In this document: positions 35,396-45,097 of the stretch, one piece after another
Numbering within the stretch: position 1 is the first letter of the stretch
Layout of the letters: every line of letters begins with the position of its first letter
Source: an uncultured bacterium
GTDB taxonomy: Bacteria; Patescibacteriota; Minisyncoccia; Phycocordibacterales; UBA9973
DNA: 64,000 bases
Direction of reading: 5' to 3'
NCBI GenBank assembly: GCA_903892035.1
Contig: CAITGV010000001.1
Coordinates: 291,310 to 355,309, forward strand
Translations under genes and position numbers: made by a program
The notes under the pieces: generated by a model
What the model was told of the DNA's origin: nothing
Databases searched by the model: none
The model's input: only the letters and a program-made list of their open reading frames with translations

Positions 35396-36367
35396 ATGAA
35401 GAAAAAAATTTATATCACGCGCAAGATACCTGAAGTTGGAATAAAAATGCTAAAGAAAAATGGTTTTGATATTGATATATATAAAGAAGAAAAACCACCA
35501 GCATATTCAAAAATCGTTTCAGTTTTAAAAAATAAAAAATATGACGGAGTTGTTTGTTTATTGACTGACAAGATTGATAAAAAAATATTTGAAATATCTC
35601 CTCAAACAAAAATTTTTGCAAATTATGCTGTAGGATATAACAATATTGATATAGTGGAAGCAAAAAATAGAAATATAGTTGTTACAAATGCCCCAGGGTC
35701 TCTCGACGGGGCAGTGGCTGAGCACGCATTAGCACTTTTGTTGTCTCTCACCACTCGCACTGTTGAAGGTGATAAATATTTAAGAAGTGGAAAATGGACA
35801 GGCTGGGGACCGATGCAACTTCTTGGTGAAAGTCTTTTTGGTAAAACCATAGGAATAGTTGGAGCGGGACACATAGGCTATGGTTTTGCCGAACTTTTAT
35901 ATAAAGCATTTAATTCAAAAATTTTATATTTTTCAAGTAAAAAAAATGAAAAATTTGAAATGAACTTTAAAGGAGAACAATGTACGACACTTGAAGATTT
36001 ATTAAAAAAATCTGATGTTGTAAGTATCCATGTTCCACTTGGTCCGACGACGCATCATCTTATAAATGCTAAAAATATAAAATTGATGAAGAAAAATGCA
36101 GTAATCATAAATACTTCTCGTGGTGCTGTCATAGATGAGAAGGCTTTGGTTAATGCTCTGAAAAATAAAAAAATTGCAGGAGCTGGGCTTGATGTTTTTG
36201 AATTTGAGCCAAAAATTACCCCTGGGCTTACAAAACTTTCAAATGTTGTCCTTACCCCACATATTGGTTCAGCTGAGAAAAATGCTCGAGATGAAATGTC
36301 GGTAATTGCTGCGCAGAATATAATTGATTTTTTTGCTGGTAAAACTCCTAACAATAAAGTTAATTAA
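35396..36367 (+). CDS. D-2-hydroxyacid (glyoxylate/D-glycerate) dehydrogenase
   Basis: AVGYNNID, GIVGAGHIG, INTSRG, AGLDVFEFEP and TPHIGSA motifs. Confidence 0.93.
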   Translation: MKKKIYITRKIPEVGIKMLKKNGFDIDIYKEEKPPAYSKIVSVLKNKKYDGVVCLLTDKIDKKIFEISPQTKIFANYAVGYNNIDIVEAKNRNIVVTNAPGSLDGAVAEHALALLLSLTTRTVEGDKYLRSGKWTGWGPMQLLGESLFGKTIGIVGAGHIGYGFAELLYKAFNSKILYFSSKKNEKFEMNFKGEQCTTLEDLLKKSDVVSIHVPLGPTTHHLINAKNIKLMKKNAVIINTSRGAVIDEKALVNALKNKKIAGAGLDVFEFEPKITPGLTKLSNVVLTPHIGSAEKNARDEMSVIAAQNIIDFFAGKTPNNKVN

Positions 36368-36382
36368 TGCTATAATAAAAAA

Positions 36383-36763
36383 ATGGTAAGAAATGTAAAT
36401 AAAGAACATAAAGAAAGTCTTTCAACTTTAGACAAAGCTGCTATTTTTATCACAAAAATTGTTGGTACAATGTGGTGCGCTATTGCTTTTACAATTCTCG
36501 CCCTTATTAGTTTGCCCGAAGCAATACACAATGGCACTGCTACGACAATATCTTGGATTGCTCAGACTTTTTTACAATTGGTTTTGCTTTCGATAATTAT
36601 GGTGGGTCAAGATTTGCAGAGCAGGCATTCAGAGCTCCGTGCTGATGCAGATTATGAGACAAATATTGAATCAAAAAAAGATATTGAAAATTTGATGAAG
36701 CGTCTCGACAATATCGAAAAAGAAAAGCTCGACAAAATTATCGAACTTATAAATAAAAAATAA
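36383..36763 (+). CDS. DUF1003-like membrane protein
   Basis: VGTMW, LQLVLLSIIMVGQ and A..DYE.N patterns. Confidence 0.8.
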   Translation: MVRNVNKEHKESLSTLDKAAIFITKIVGTMWCAIAFTILALISLPEAIHNGTATTISWIAQTFLQLVLLSIIMVGQDLQSRHSELRADADYETNIESKKDIENLMKRLDNIEKEKLDKIIELINKK

Positions 36764-36801
36764 AACTTGCAACAGTCTCAAAAGGTCTATAGTATAAAGA
36801 T

Positions 36802-37527
36802 ATGGTAGTCATTTTACTTTCAATAGCGACTTTTATATCGACTCTTATTGGGGGGCTTTTTTCTATAAAACATAAAGAACGTCTGCATAGTATTATGGGT
36901 TTTACTGCGGGAGTGTTATTGGGTGTGGTGAGTTTTGATATATTCCCTGAAATAATTAATGAGATAAAAATAAATAATTTTGATCCAATATACGCGATGA
37001 TTGCACTTGTGGTAGGTTTTTTGCTTTTTCACACTTTAGAAAAAATGATTGTTATTCATCATTCACACGAAGATGAATATGCTAATCATAAACATCCACA
37101 AGTTGGAGTGTTTTCTGCTCTAGCTTTGGCGGGGCACAGTTTTATGGATGGAGTGGGAATTGGTCTTGGTTTTCAAGTCAGCAATACTGTTGGAATTTTG
37201 GTTGCTATTGCAGTCATTGCGCACGATTTTACAGATGGTATGAATACTGTAGCTTTAATGCTTATAAATAAAAATACAGTAAAGAAAGCTAGGTACTTTT
37301 TACTCATAGATGCCCTTGCTCCACTTTTGGGTGCTTTAGCAACATTGTTATTTCACTTCTCAACACAATTTTTAGTTTTATACTTAGGATTTTTTGCTGG
37401 CTTTCTATTATATATCGGAGCATCTGACATTTTGCCTGAAGCACATAGCGAACATAGTTCTTGGAAAACCATTGTTCTTACTGCTTTCGGTGCATTATTA
37501 ATATTTATAATTACACGTTTTGTATAA
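36802..37527 (+). CDS. ZIP family metal transporter
   Basis: HSFMDG, AHDFTDG, His-rich loop and DILPEAH motifs. Confidence 0.93.
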   Translation: MVVILLSIATFISTLIGGLFSIKHKERLHSIMGFTAGVLLGVVSFDIFPEIINEIKINNFDPIYAMIALVVGFLLFHTLEKMIVIHHSHEDEYANHKHPQVGVFSALALAGHSFMDGVGIGLGFQVSNTVGILVAIAVIAHDFTDGMNTVALMLINKNTVKKARYFLLIDALAPLLGALATLLFHFSTQFLVLYLGFFAGFLLYIGASDILPEAHSEHSSWKTIVLTAFGALLIFIITRFV

Positions 37528-37553
37528 AATATACACTATGGTATTCTAATAAT

Positions 37554-38555
37554 ATGATTAAAGCTACAATTGTTGTTGATTTGCAGTATGGGGACACAGC
37601 CAAGGGTAAGGTTACCCATGCTCTAGCAGGTAAAAATAAATATACCCACGTTCTTAGGTACAATGGTGGATGTAATGCGGGACATACTATTTTTCATAAG
37701 GGAAAAAAGTTTGTTACACATCATATTCCTGCAGGAGTTTTTTATGGAATAAAATCTGTAATTGGTCCTGGTTGTGTAGTTGACGTTGACCGTTTTTTAG
37801 AAGAAATACAGGATTTAAATAAAGGTGGAGTAAAAACCAAAGGTAAAATTTTTATAGCAAATAATACACATATCATTACAGATGCTCATAGGAAAGAAGA
37901 TGCAGGAGATATAAAAATTGGCACAACAAAGCGTGGCAATGGACAGGCTTATCGAGATAAATATGATCGCATTGGAGTTCGTGCTGAAAGTGTAAAAGCT
38001 TTGAAGCCTTATCTTATAGATTTGTATAAAGAATTTTACGGTAAAAAAGATGTAAACATTTTGTGTGAAGGTGCTCAAGGTTTTGGCCTAGATATTGATT
38101 GGGGAGATTATCCATTTGTAACTTCAAGTCACTGTAGTGTGGCGGGGGCTTTGCAAAATGGTATTCCTTACAGTGGTGTGCGTGAAGTTTGGGGTATAGC
38201 AAAAATTTACGAAACTTATGTAGGTTTGAAAAAATTTGAACCAAAAGAAGAAGTATTTCAAAAAATCAGAAATTTTGGTGAAGAATATGGAGCAACTACT
38301 GGGCGTCCTCGACAGTGTAATTGGATGGATATAAATCTTCTTGAAAAAGCTGCACAAATGAATGGCGTGACACACGTTGTTTTTAGTAAAATGGATGTGC
38401 TTCGTCAAGTAAGCACATGGGCAATTCGTGATGGTAAGAAAAAAGTTTCATTTTCAAATGAAAAATTAATGAAAGCTTATATTGTGACTCGCCTAGGTAA
38501 ACTAGGTATTAAAAAACAAAATATATTTTTCTCTGAGAGAAAGGATCAAATTTAG
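37554..38555 (+). CDS. purA: Adenylosuccinate synthetase, short (about 333 aa) form
   Basis: QYGDTAKGK, GG.NAGHT, EGAQG, YPFVTSS, GATTGRPR and KMDVL motifs. Confidence 0.9.
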   Translation: MIKATIVVDLQYGDTAKGKVTHALAGKNKYTHVLRYNGGCNAGHTIFHKGKKFVTHHIPAGVFYGIKSVIGPGCVVDVDRFLEEIQDLNKGGVKTKGKIFIANNTHIITDAHRKEDAGDIKIGTTKRGNGQAYRDKYDRIGVRAESVKALKPYLIDLYKEFYGKKDVNILCEGAQGFGLDIDWGDYPFVTSSHCSVAGALQNGIPYSGVREVWGIAKIYETYVGLKKFEPKEEVFQKIRNFGEEYGATTGRPRQCNWMDINLLEKAAQMNGVTHVVFSKMDVLRQVSTWAIRDGKKKVSFSNEKLMKAYIVTRLGKLGIKKQNIFFSERKDQI

Positions 38556-38640
38556 TGTGTGTATAAGTAGTGAGCTACTATTTTGGTAATTTGGTATAAT
38601 ACTTTTATTACCAGTTAATTTAATCTACTTTAGAATATAT

Positions 38641-38931
38641 ATGAAAACACAAAAAGGAAATGCGCTTATTGTCATAATAGTGATAATCGCAATTATAGTT
38701 TTAGCATTTTTGATATTTGGCAAGGGTTCGAGTACTCCGGCACCAGTGGCTGAAAATAACACTCCAAATACACAAATACCAGTAACTCCACCTGTAAACA
38801 ATACTATGGGTGGTACAGCATCTGTTGATCAAGATTTAAGTACACTTGATTCAAACCTAAGTGGTCTTACTAAAGATCAGGCAAGTATTGATGCAAGCCT
38901 AAATGATAAAGCCACAGTTATTCCTCAATAA
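38641..38931 (+). CDS. Small protein with a class III (prepilin-like) signal
   Basis: MKTQKG-NALIVIIVII N-terminus and Pro/Thr/Asn-rich linker. Confidence 0.65.
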   Translation: MKTQKGNALIVIIVIIAIIVLAFLIFGKGSSTPAPVAENNTPNTQIPVTPPVNNTMGGTASVDQDLSTLDSNLSGLTKDQASIDASLNDKATVIPQ

Positions 38932-38995
38932 TTGTAAGGTTTAGTTAGTGTAAACGTCTCAAATAGTGTGTATTAATAGTTAATTAAAATCTTTT

Positions 38996-39793
38996 ATGAA
39001 AAATACTTATACAAAAATATTTATTGGTTTGAGCACCTTAGCTATTGTTGCTTTGGTGATGCCTACTCATTATTCTTTTGCAAAAACAACAGCCGGAGCA
39101 AAAGCTGAAACAGCAAAACAAACAAGAGTTACAAATTTAAAAACAAAAGCAGATACAGAAATCGACCGTCGCGTAAAATCAATCAATGATTTATTGACTC
39201 GATTGGGTGAAGTTAAAAAGCTTTCTGATACAGAGAAGACATCTTTAAATGCAACTTTACAAGATGCTCTTACAAAGCTAAACGATTTAAAAACAAAGCT
39301 TGATTCTGATACTGATTTAACTACACTTCAGGCAGATCGCAAGGCAATTATGGATCAATATCGTGTTTATATGCTCTTGCTTCCTCAGAGTCGCATAATT
39401 GCTACCGCTGATGGTGTAGATACAAATGCTGATCTTTTGACTGGAATGGTTACAAAATTACAAGCAAAAATTTTAACAGTTCCAGCTGGTACTGATGCTA
39501 CGGCAATGAATGCTTCTATTGCAGATATGCAAACTCAAATTACAACTGCAAAAGCAAAATCAGATTCTGCAAAAAGTGCAGTTGCGGGTCTTGTGCCAGA
39601 TGGGGGAGACAAAGCGAAATCTGCTACCAATACTGCTGCATTAAAAAGTGCAAAAGATATGTTAAAAACTGCAATGGCAGATTTACAAGCTGCACGAAAA
39701 GATGCCTCATCTGTACGTGATGCTTTGAAAAAAGCTGGCGTGGTGACATCTGATACAAAAGTTCCAAATGCAGGTACTGATTCAAATAAATAA
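38996..39793 (+). CDS. Secreted alpha-helical protein
   Basis: Signal peptide; Ala/Lys/Thr-rich coiled coil with AD.EIDRR motif. Confidence 0.75.
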   Translation: MKNTYTKIFIGLSTLAIVALVMPTHYSFAKTTAGAKAETAKQTRVTNLKTKADTEIDRRVKSINDLLTRLGEVKKLSDTEKTSLNATLQDALTKLNDLKTKLDSDTDLTTLQADRKAIMDQYRVYMLLLPQSRIIATADGVDTNADLLTGMVTKLQAKILTVPAGTDATAMNASIADMQTQITTAKAKSDSAKSAVAGLVPDGGDKAKSATNTAALKSAKDMLKTAMADLQAARKDASSVRDALKKAGVVTSDTKVPNAGTDSNK

Positions 39794-39804
39794 CTAAATT
39801 AATT

Positions 39805-39834
39805 TAAAAAATGGCCCATTTGGGCCATTTTTTA
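39805..39834 (+). terminator. Intrinsic terminator
   Basis: taaaaaatggccca-tt-tgggccatttttta. Confidence 0.85.
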
Positions 39835-39873
39835 TTTATTCACAAATAAAAATGTAAATGCTATAATAGATGT

Positions 39874-40041
39874 ATGAGTTTAACAACAATTTGGAGTGAT
39901 ATATCTACTCATATTAGTAACCTAGGTTATGTAACTTTTGCAGTGCTTGTCATTATCGACATAGTGCTTTGGAAAGTGCATCCAGTTCTAGGTACAATAG
40001 GAGCGCTCATCATCTTCGCATTAATTACTGGCCTTATATAA
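39874..40041 (+). CDS. 55-aa two-TM small membrane protein (not in ORF track)
   Basis: MSLTTIWSDISTHISNLGYVTFAVLVIIDIVLWKVHPVLGTIGALIIFALITGLI; TGcTATAAT 6 nt upstream. Confidence 0.7.
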   Translation: MSLTTIWSDISTHISNLGYVTFAVLVIIDIVLWKVHPVLGTIGALIIFALITGLI

Positions 40042-40084
40042 CAAAAGGTAAATTTATACGCAGTTTTTTGCGTGCTATTTTTCT

Positions 40085-40993
40085 GTGAATTCAAATATAA
40101 ATATAACTAAAAAAAGTGCAGACTATGAACTTTTAGATTCTGGAAATGCAAAAAAACTTGAACGTTTTGGTAAATACGTCTTGTCTCGACCTGATCCTGA
40201 AGCTCTTTGGGAAAAAAATCTACCTGAAAGTGTTTGGCAAAATGCTGATGCTTTTTTTACTAGAAAAGGCACAACAGTTTCTTGGAAAATAAAACCTGAA
40301 GTTCCAAAATTTTGGGTGATGGATTATGAAGGATTAAAATTTGAAATTCGCCCGACATCATTTAAACACGTGGGACTTTTTCCAGAGCAATCTGAAAATT
40401 GGAAATGGATGGAAAAAGCTATTTACGGCGGAAAGAGGCAAGACCTTAAGGGAGTCCAAGGTCTTGCCTCGGGGAGCCGACCCAAAGTATTAAATCTCTT
40501 CGGTTACACTGGCGGAGCGACTTTGGCTTGTGCACGCGCGGGAGCGGAGGTAACGCATGTAGATGGTAGCAAGACTGCTGTTGCTTGGGCTAGAAAAAAT
40601 GCTGAACTTTCAGGACTTTCCGAAAAAGTAATTCATTGGGTAATAGAGGATGCGATGGCTTTTGTAAAAAGGGAAGTAAAGAGGGGAAATAAATATGATG
40701 CGATACTTATGGATCCACCATCGTTTGGTCACGGTCCAAAAGATGAGCTTTGGAAAATCGAGGAACATTTTTTGGAATTGATGTCACTTTCAAAACAACT
40801 TTTATCTGATACACCTGTTTTCTTTTTGATAAATGGTTACACTGCTGGTTATTCTCCAGTGGCCTATATGAATAGCTTGCTTTCAATAAAAGACCAACAT
40901 AAAGGTTCAATTGAAATTGGTGAACTTACCATTGCAGAAACAAATAGCGAGCGTCTTCTACCAGCAGGAATATTTGCAAGGTGGAGTAAATAA
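40085..40993 (+). CDS. Class I SAM-dependent methyltransferase (RlmI/RlmK-like)
   Basis: YELLDSG..KLERFG, HVGLFPEQ, LNLFGYTG and DPPSFG motifs. Confidence 0.9.
   Translation: MNSNINITKKSADYELLDSGNAKKLERFGKYVLSRPDPEALWEKNLPESVWQNADAFFTRKGTTVSWKIKPEVPKFWVMDYEGLKFEIRPTSFKHVGLFPEQSENWKWMEKAIYGGKRQDLKGVQGLASGSRPKVLNLFGYTGGATLACARAGAEVTHVDGSKTAVAWARKNAELSGLSEKVIHWVIEDAMAFVKREVKRGNKYDAILMDPPSFGHGPKDELWKIEEHFLELMSLSKQLLSDTPVFFLINGYTAGYSPVAYMNSLLSIKDQHKGSIEIGELTIAETNSERLLPAGIFARWSK
40435..40470. repeat. In-frame palindromic element inside CDS
   Basis: 13-bp perfect arms gaggcaagacctt / aaggtcttgcctc; 36 nt in total. Confidence 0.9.
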
Positions 40994-40999
40994 ATACAA

Positions 41000-41097
41000 C
41001 CCATCCGCCCTTCGGGCACCTTCCCTTATCAAGGAAGGTAACTGCTGGCGAGTTTTTGTATTTGCATTTATTCCCCCTGATAAGGGGGTTAGGGGGA
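41000..41097. repeat. Inverted pair of GC-rich REP-like hairpins
   Basis: gcccttcgggc plus cttcccttatcaaggaag, and ccccctgataaggggg. Confidence 0.75.
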
Positions 41098-41213
41098 TGT
41101 ATTTATATTGATTTTAAAGGCTAAATTTCATTTTGGCTTGACTTTTGACATTAAAAGTGCTATACTACTAAAAAATAAAGGCGACCCGCCTGTCAGGGTT
41201 TAATAATAAAAAA

Positions 41214-41576
41214 ATGGTAACTGAATTTGTAGAATTATTCGTTAAATTAGCATTCCTCGTATTGTGCGGTGCTATGCTTCCAGCCTTGACTGGAAGATTT
41301 CCTGGAACATTCTTGGTCTTTGCATTTGACCCAGAAAGAAATTATGCCAGAAGACGTGAAATCATGGTTAATGTGTGCATGGTTTTAGGTTTAGTGTTAG
41401 TGTTTCCGATGCTCAATGCATTTTATAAGGAGATACCAACAACAACATTTACAGAATACCTTTCACCGTCATGCTGTATTCCGTATTTGTTATCGCTTGC
41501 ATTATGCATTGCAGGTGGCATTCTGAGCATTATTGCTTTCAATAAAACAGACTTAAAGGGATTTCTCTTTATGTAA
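41214..41576 (+). CDS. Hypothetical three-TM membrane protein
   Basis: Hydrophobic ORF with an upstream TGcTATACT promoter and a downstream terminator. Confidence 0.65.
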   Translation: MVTEFVELFVKLAFLVLCGAMLPALTGRFPGTFLVFAFDPERNYARRREIMVNVCMVLGLVLVFPMLNAFYKEIPTTTFTEYLSPSCCIPYLLSLALCIAGGILSIIAFNKTDLKGFLFM

Positions 41577-41590
41577 AGTACTTAGTTTAG

Positions 41591-41619
41591 AAAAGTCTCC
41601 CAATAGGGGGACTTTTTTT
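41591..41619 (+). terminator. Intrinsic terminator
   Basis: aaaagtctccc-aata-gggggactttttt. Confidence 0.8.
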
Positions 41620-41671
41620 ATTGCTCATTTTTGATACAATGGGGTTATTAATAATTAATTTTTTAAATGTT

Positions 41672-42232
41672 ATGAGTAAAAAGGGTATTGAAGAGGGAGC
41701 AAGTTGGAAAACAATAGTTTCTTTTATTGTATTATTTGTGGTTGTTGGAGTGGGAATTTATTTTGGAATTAAAAGTCAGGTGCAAATAAATAATCCTGTA
41801 ACACCTATAGATACTACACAAAAAATAGCAGACACAAATATTCCACCAAAACCTGAAATAAAAACTCCTGACATAAAAAAACCTATGGACAATACAAAAA
41901 CAAGTGCATCCGGTTTACAAACTACAATACTTAAAGAAGGTACAGGGGCAGTAGCCACAGCAGGTCACAAAGTAGACGTGCTTTATAAAGGAATGTTTGC
42001 TGATGGAAAAGTATTTGATTCGAGCCTAGATCCTAGTAAACCATTTGAATTTCCTTTAGGTGCAGGGCAAGTGATAAAAGGTTGGGATGAAGGTATTGCT
42101 GGAATGAAAGTTGGTGAAAAGGTTAAACTGGTAATTCCATCTGATTTGGCATATGGAGCTGGTGGTTATCCTCCAGTTATTCCTCCAAATTCAAATCTTA
42201 CTTTCGAGGTTGAACTTCTCGCAGTAAAATAA
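41672..42232 (+). CDS. FKBP-type peptidyl-prolyl isomerase, membrane anchored
   Basis: [19 protein letters not shown] and IPPNS.L.FEVEL motifs. Confidence 0.95.
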   Translation: MSKKGIEEGASWKTIVSFIVLFVVVGVGIYFGIKSQVQINNPVTPIDTTQKIADTNIPPKPEIKTPDIKKPMDNTKTSASGLQTTILKEGTGAVATAGHKVDVLYKGMFADGKVFDSSLDPSKPFEFPLGAGQVIKGWDEGIAGMKVGEKVKLVIPSDLAYGAGGYPPVIPPNSNLTFEVELLAVK

Positions 42233-42268
42233 TTGTAATAATTATCAATTTAGTGCGTCTTTATATTT

Positions 42269-43066
42269 ATGAATGAAATAATGCAAAACAAAAGTGTTGT
42301 TCGATTAGTTTCTCTTTTACTTATAATTTTATCAGTGTATTTCGTCGTGATGTCTATCAATGAAATAAAGACATCGAAATTTATTGGTGGGGGAGTTGCT
42401 CCTTCAAATACAATGTCTTTCGACGGAAAAGGTGAAGTGAAGGCAAGTCCAGATATTGCAAATGTATCTTTTACGGTTGAGGCTGATTCTGCTTTAGTAA
42501 AAGATGCACAAACAAATGTTACAGAAAAAATGGCAAAAGCTCTCGCAATGATTTCATCAAATGGAATTTTGAAGAGTGACATTAAAACAGAAAATTATAG
42601 TTCATATCCAAAATATAGTAATAGTATTCCTTGTTATGGTGGGTTGGGTATGCCTTGCAGAAATGAGCCTACGGTTATCGGTTATACAGTCAGTCAAAAT
42701 GTTACTGTAAAAATTAGAAATTTGGATAATGTTGGAAAGGTTCTACAAGGACTTGGCGACCTAAATGTTACAAATATTTCAGGTCCAAATTTTGCAATTG
42801 ATAATGAAGATAGTTTAAAAATTGAAGCTCGCACAAAAGCTATTTCTGATGCAGAAGCAAAAGCAACAGAGCTTGCAAAAGAGCTTGGTGTAAACTTGGT
42901 TCGCATTGTAAATTTCTCTGAAAATGGAAATGGAGTAATGCCTATGTATGCAAAAAGTATGATGGCGGGAGCTACCGCAGATATAGCACAAGCTCCTACA
43001 CCAGATGTTCCAGCAGGGCAAAATACTATTACTTCAAACGTTACTATTACGTACGAAATCAGATAA
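42269..43066 (+). CDS. SIMPL (DUF541) domain protein
   Basis: G.GEV.A.PD.A, GP.F.ID and V.ITYEI motifs. Confidence 0.9.
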   Translation: MNEIMQNKSVVRLVSLLLIILSVYFVVMSINEIKTSKFIGGGVAPSNTMSFDGKGEVKASPDIANVSFTVEADSALVKDAQTNVTEKMAKALAMISSNGILKSDIKTENYSSYPKYSNSIPCYGGLGMPCRNEPTVIGYTVSQNVTVKIRNLDNVGKVLQGLGDLNVTNISGPNFAIDNEDSLKIEARTKAISDAEAKATELAKELGVNLVRIVNFSENGNGVMPMYAKSMMAGATADIAQAPTPDVPAGQNTITSNVTITYEIR

Positions 43067-43102
43067 CCACCACCCCCTGCCCCCTCCTCGATAAGGAGGG
43101 GG
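43067..43102. repeat. GC-rich REP-like hairpin
   Basis: ccccctcct-cgata-aggaggggg, with the same GATAAG core as the 41000-41097 copies. Confidence 0.7.
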
Positions 43103-43186
43103 AAAACAGGGTTGAGTTGACTTTCTTGCATTAAAGGAGTATCTTATAGGTAAGCCCCACGGGGTGGTTTTTTATAAGGAAAATAT

Positions 43187-43372
43187 ATGTCAAATATCAC
43201 TGAATACTTCAAAGAAACAAAAGGGGAATTGAAACACGTCAATTGGCCTACACGAAAGCAGACTGTGCTTTTCACTCTTTTTGTTATTCTCGTTTCTTTT
43301 TTTATAGCCTATATGTTGGGCTTATTTGACTACATCTTTAGCGCAGGCTTAACAAAACTTTTAGGTAGATAA
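43187..43372 (+). CDS. secE: Preprotein translocase SecE
   Basis: ELKHVNWPT motif; upstream of nusG. Confidence 0.95.
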   Translation: MSNITEYFKETKGELKHVNWPTRKQTVLFTLFVILVSFFIAYMLGLFDYIFSAGLTKLLGR

Positions 43373-43378
43373 AATATT

Positions 43379-43927
43379 ATGGCTAAACAAGAAATAGCAC
43401 CAGAGAGAAATTGGTACGCGATCCACACTTATGCTGGATATGAAAACGCAGTTATGCGTAATTTAAAACAGCGTATTGATTCACTCAATATGAATGATAA
43501 AATTTTCAACGTTATCGTTCCTGTTGAAAAGAAAATTAAAATCAAAGGTGGTAAGCGTGTAGAGTCTGAAGAAAAAATTTATCCGGGTTATGTACTAGTA
43601 GATATGGTTGTTACAGATGATTCTTGGTACGTAGTTCGTAATACTCCACGTGTTACAGGTTTCGTGGGAGCAGGAGTAAATCCAGTTCCATTGGAGAAGA
43701 AAGAAGTTGATATGCTTTTCAAGAATATGGATACAGAGCAGACAGCAAAACATACTATCGATTTATCAATTGGGGAGCTTGTGCTCATCTCAGACGGTCC
43801 GTTTAAGGAGCTTGAGGGCAAGGTTTCAGAGGTTGATAAGGATCGAGGTAAAGTTAAAGTTTTAGTGTCTATGTTTGGACGCGAAACACCAGTCGAATTG
43901 GACTTCTTGCAAGTTCACAAAATATAA
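43379..43927 (+). CDS. nusG: Transcription factor NusG
   Basis: WYAIHTYAGYE, YPGYVLV, KOW domain and FGRETPVEL. Confidence 0.97.
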   Translation: MAKQEIAPERNWYAIHTYAGYENAVMRNLKQRIDSLNMNDKIFNVIVPVEKKIKIKGGKRVESEEKIYPGYVLVDMVVTDDSWYVVRNTPRVTGFVGAGVNPVPLEKKEVDMLFKNMDTEQTAKHTIDLSIGELVLISDGPFKELEGKVSEVDKDRGKVKVLVSMFGRETPVELDFLQVHKI

Positions 43928-43944
43928 GGTAATCTAGAGACTCT

Positions 43945-44370
43945 ATGGCAAAAAAGATAACAAAGAAATTAAGACTAAATATTCCAGCAGGTAAAGCAAC
44001 TCCTGCTCCACCATTGGGCCCTGCTTTGGGTCAGGCTGGTGTTAACATCGGGGATTTCGTTACAAAGTTCAATGCAGCGACTTCAAAGATGATGGGTGAG
44101 ACCGTAGGTGTGATTTTGACAGTTTATGAGGATCGCACATATGAATTTGCTCTCAAAACTCCACCAGTAGCAGGTTTAATATTTAAAGCAGCTGGCGTGG
44201 AAAAAGGTTCAGGAAAGCCAAATACTTCAAAAGCTGGAAAGATAAGTAAAGCACAACTTAAAGAAATCGCAGAAAAGAAGTTGGTAGACCTAAACGCAAA
44301 AGACATCACTGGGGCAATGAATATCGTAGCAGGTAGTGCTCGCTCAGCAGGTATTGAAATTAAAGACTAA
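43945..44370 (+). CDS. rplK: 50S ribosomal protein L11
   Basis: PAGKATPAPPLGPALG and KTPP motifs. Confidence 0.97.
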   Translation: MAKKITKKLRLNIPAGKATPAPPLGPALGQAGVNIGDFVTKFNAATSKMMGETVGVILTVYEDRTYEFALKTPPVAGLIFKAAGVEKGSGKPNTSKAGKISKAQLKEIAEKKLVDLNAKDITGAMNIVAGSARSAGIEIKD

Positions 44371-44372
44371 AC

Positions 44373-44412
44373 AAAATAAAAAACACTCCATTCGTGGAGT
44401 GTTTTTTATTTT
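44373..44412 (+). terminator. Intrinsic terminator directly after rplK
   Basis: aaaataaaaaacactcca-ttcg-tggagtgttttttatttt. Confidence 0.9.
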
Positions 44413-44434
44413 TTATTAATATTAGTTAAAAATT

Positions 44435-45097
44435 ATGGATGAATTAAAACCTAAAGATCAAAAAAAAGTTTTCATTTGTTTGGTTATTTATATTACTGCT
44501 CTCATTGCTTCAAACACTCTTGGAATAAAAGTAATGCCTTTCTTTTTTGGAACTCATCTGTCTGTTTCTGTTTTTTATTTCCCTTTTGTATTTATAATGA
44601 CAGATGTTATCGGGGAAGTGTATGGCAGAGCTTTAGCAAAAAAGTTTGTGATGGCTGGGTGTATTGCTGTGATAGCTTTTATGATTTTCAATATTATTTC
44701 TGTGCTGATGCCTTGGTCAGGGGCGGGTATGTGGGCGCATGATTCTTACAATACTCTGTATTCTGTTTCTATTCGTGTTTCTATCGCTTCAGTACTAGCT
44801 TTTATTATTGGTGAATACCAGGATGTTTTAGCTTTCTTCTTTTTTAAGGCTAAAACGGGTGGTAAGCATTTTTGGCTCCGATCAAATCTTTCAAATGTCT
44901 GGTCACAATTTTTAGACACTGTGATTTTTATGGTTGTAGCATTTGCGGGGATTTATCCTACTCATACGTTGATTCTTATAATTATTCCTTGGTGGATATA
45001 TAAAATTCTTATGGGTATTGCATACACTCCACTTTCGTACTTAGGTATAAGAATGCTACGTGGTAAAAATGAAAATCTTGAAAACAAACAAGCATAA
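44435..45097 (+). CDS. YhhQ/Vut_1 family (queuosine-precursor-type) transporter
   Basis: SN..G.K, F..TD.I.EVYG, AS..AF and WLRS..S...SQ..DT motifs. Confidence 0.9.
   Translation: MDELKPKDQKKVFICLVIYITALIASNTLGIKVMPFFFGTHLSVSVFYFPFVFIMTDVIGEVYGRALAKKFVMAGCIAVIAFMIFNIISVLMPWSGAGMWAHDSYNTLYSVSIRVSIASVLAFIIGEYQDVLAFFFFKAKTGGKHFWLRSNLSNVWSQFLDTVIFMVVAFAGIYPTHTLILIIIPWWIYKILMGIAYTPLSYLGIRMLRGKNENLENKQA

Noticed and set aside
37554-38555. PurZ (Z-genome) interpretation of the short PurA
   Set aside because: The catalytic Asp is retained (GD, not GS), the K.D GTP-specificity motif is present, and no datZ or phage polymerase is nearby
44371-44434. preQ1 riboswitch upstream of the YhhQ-type gene
   Set aside because: The intergenic region is taken up by the rplK terminator and AT-rich sequence; no preQ1 aptamer consensus is visible
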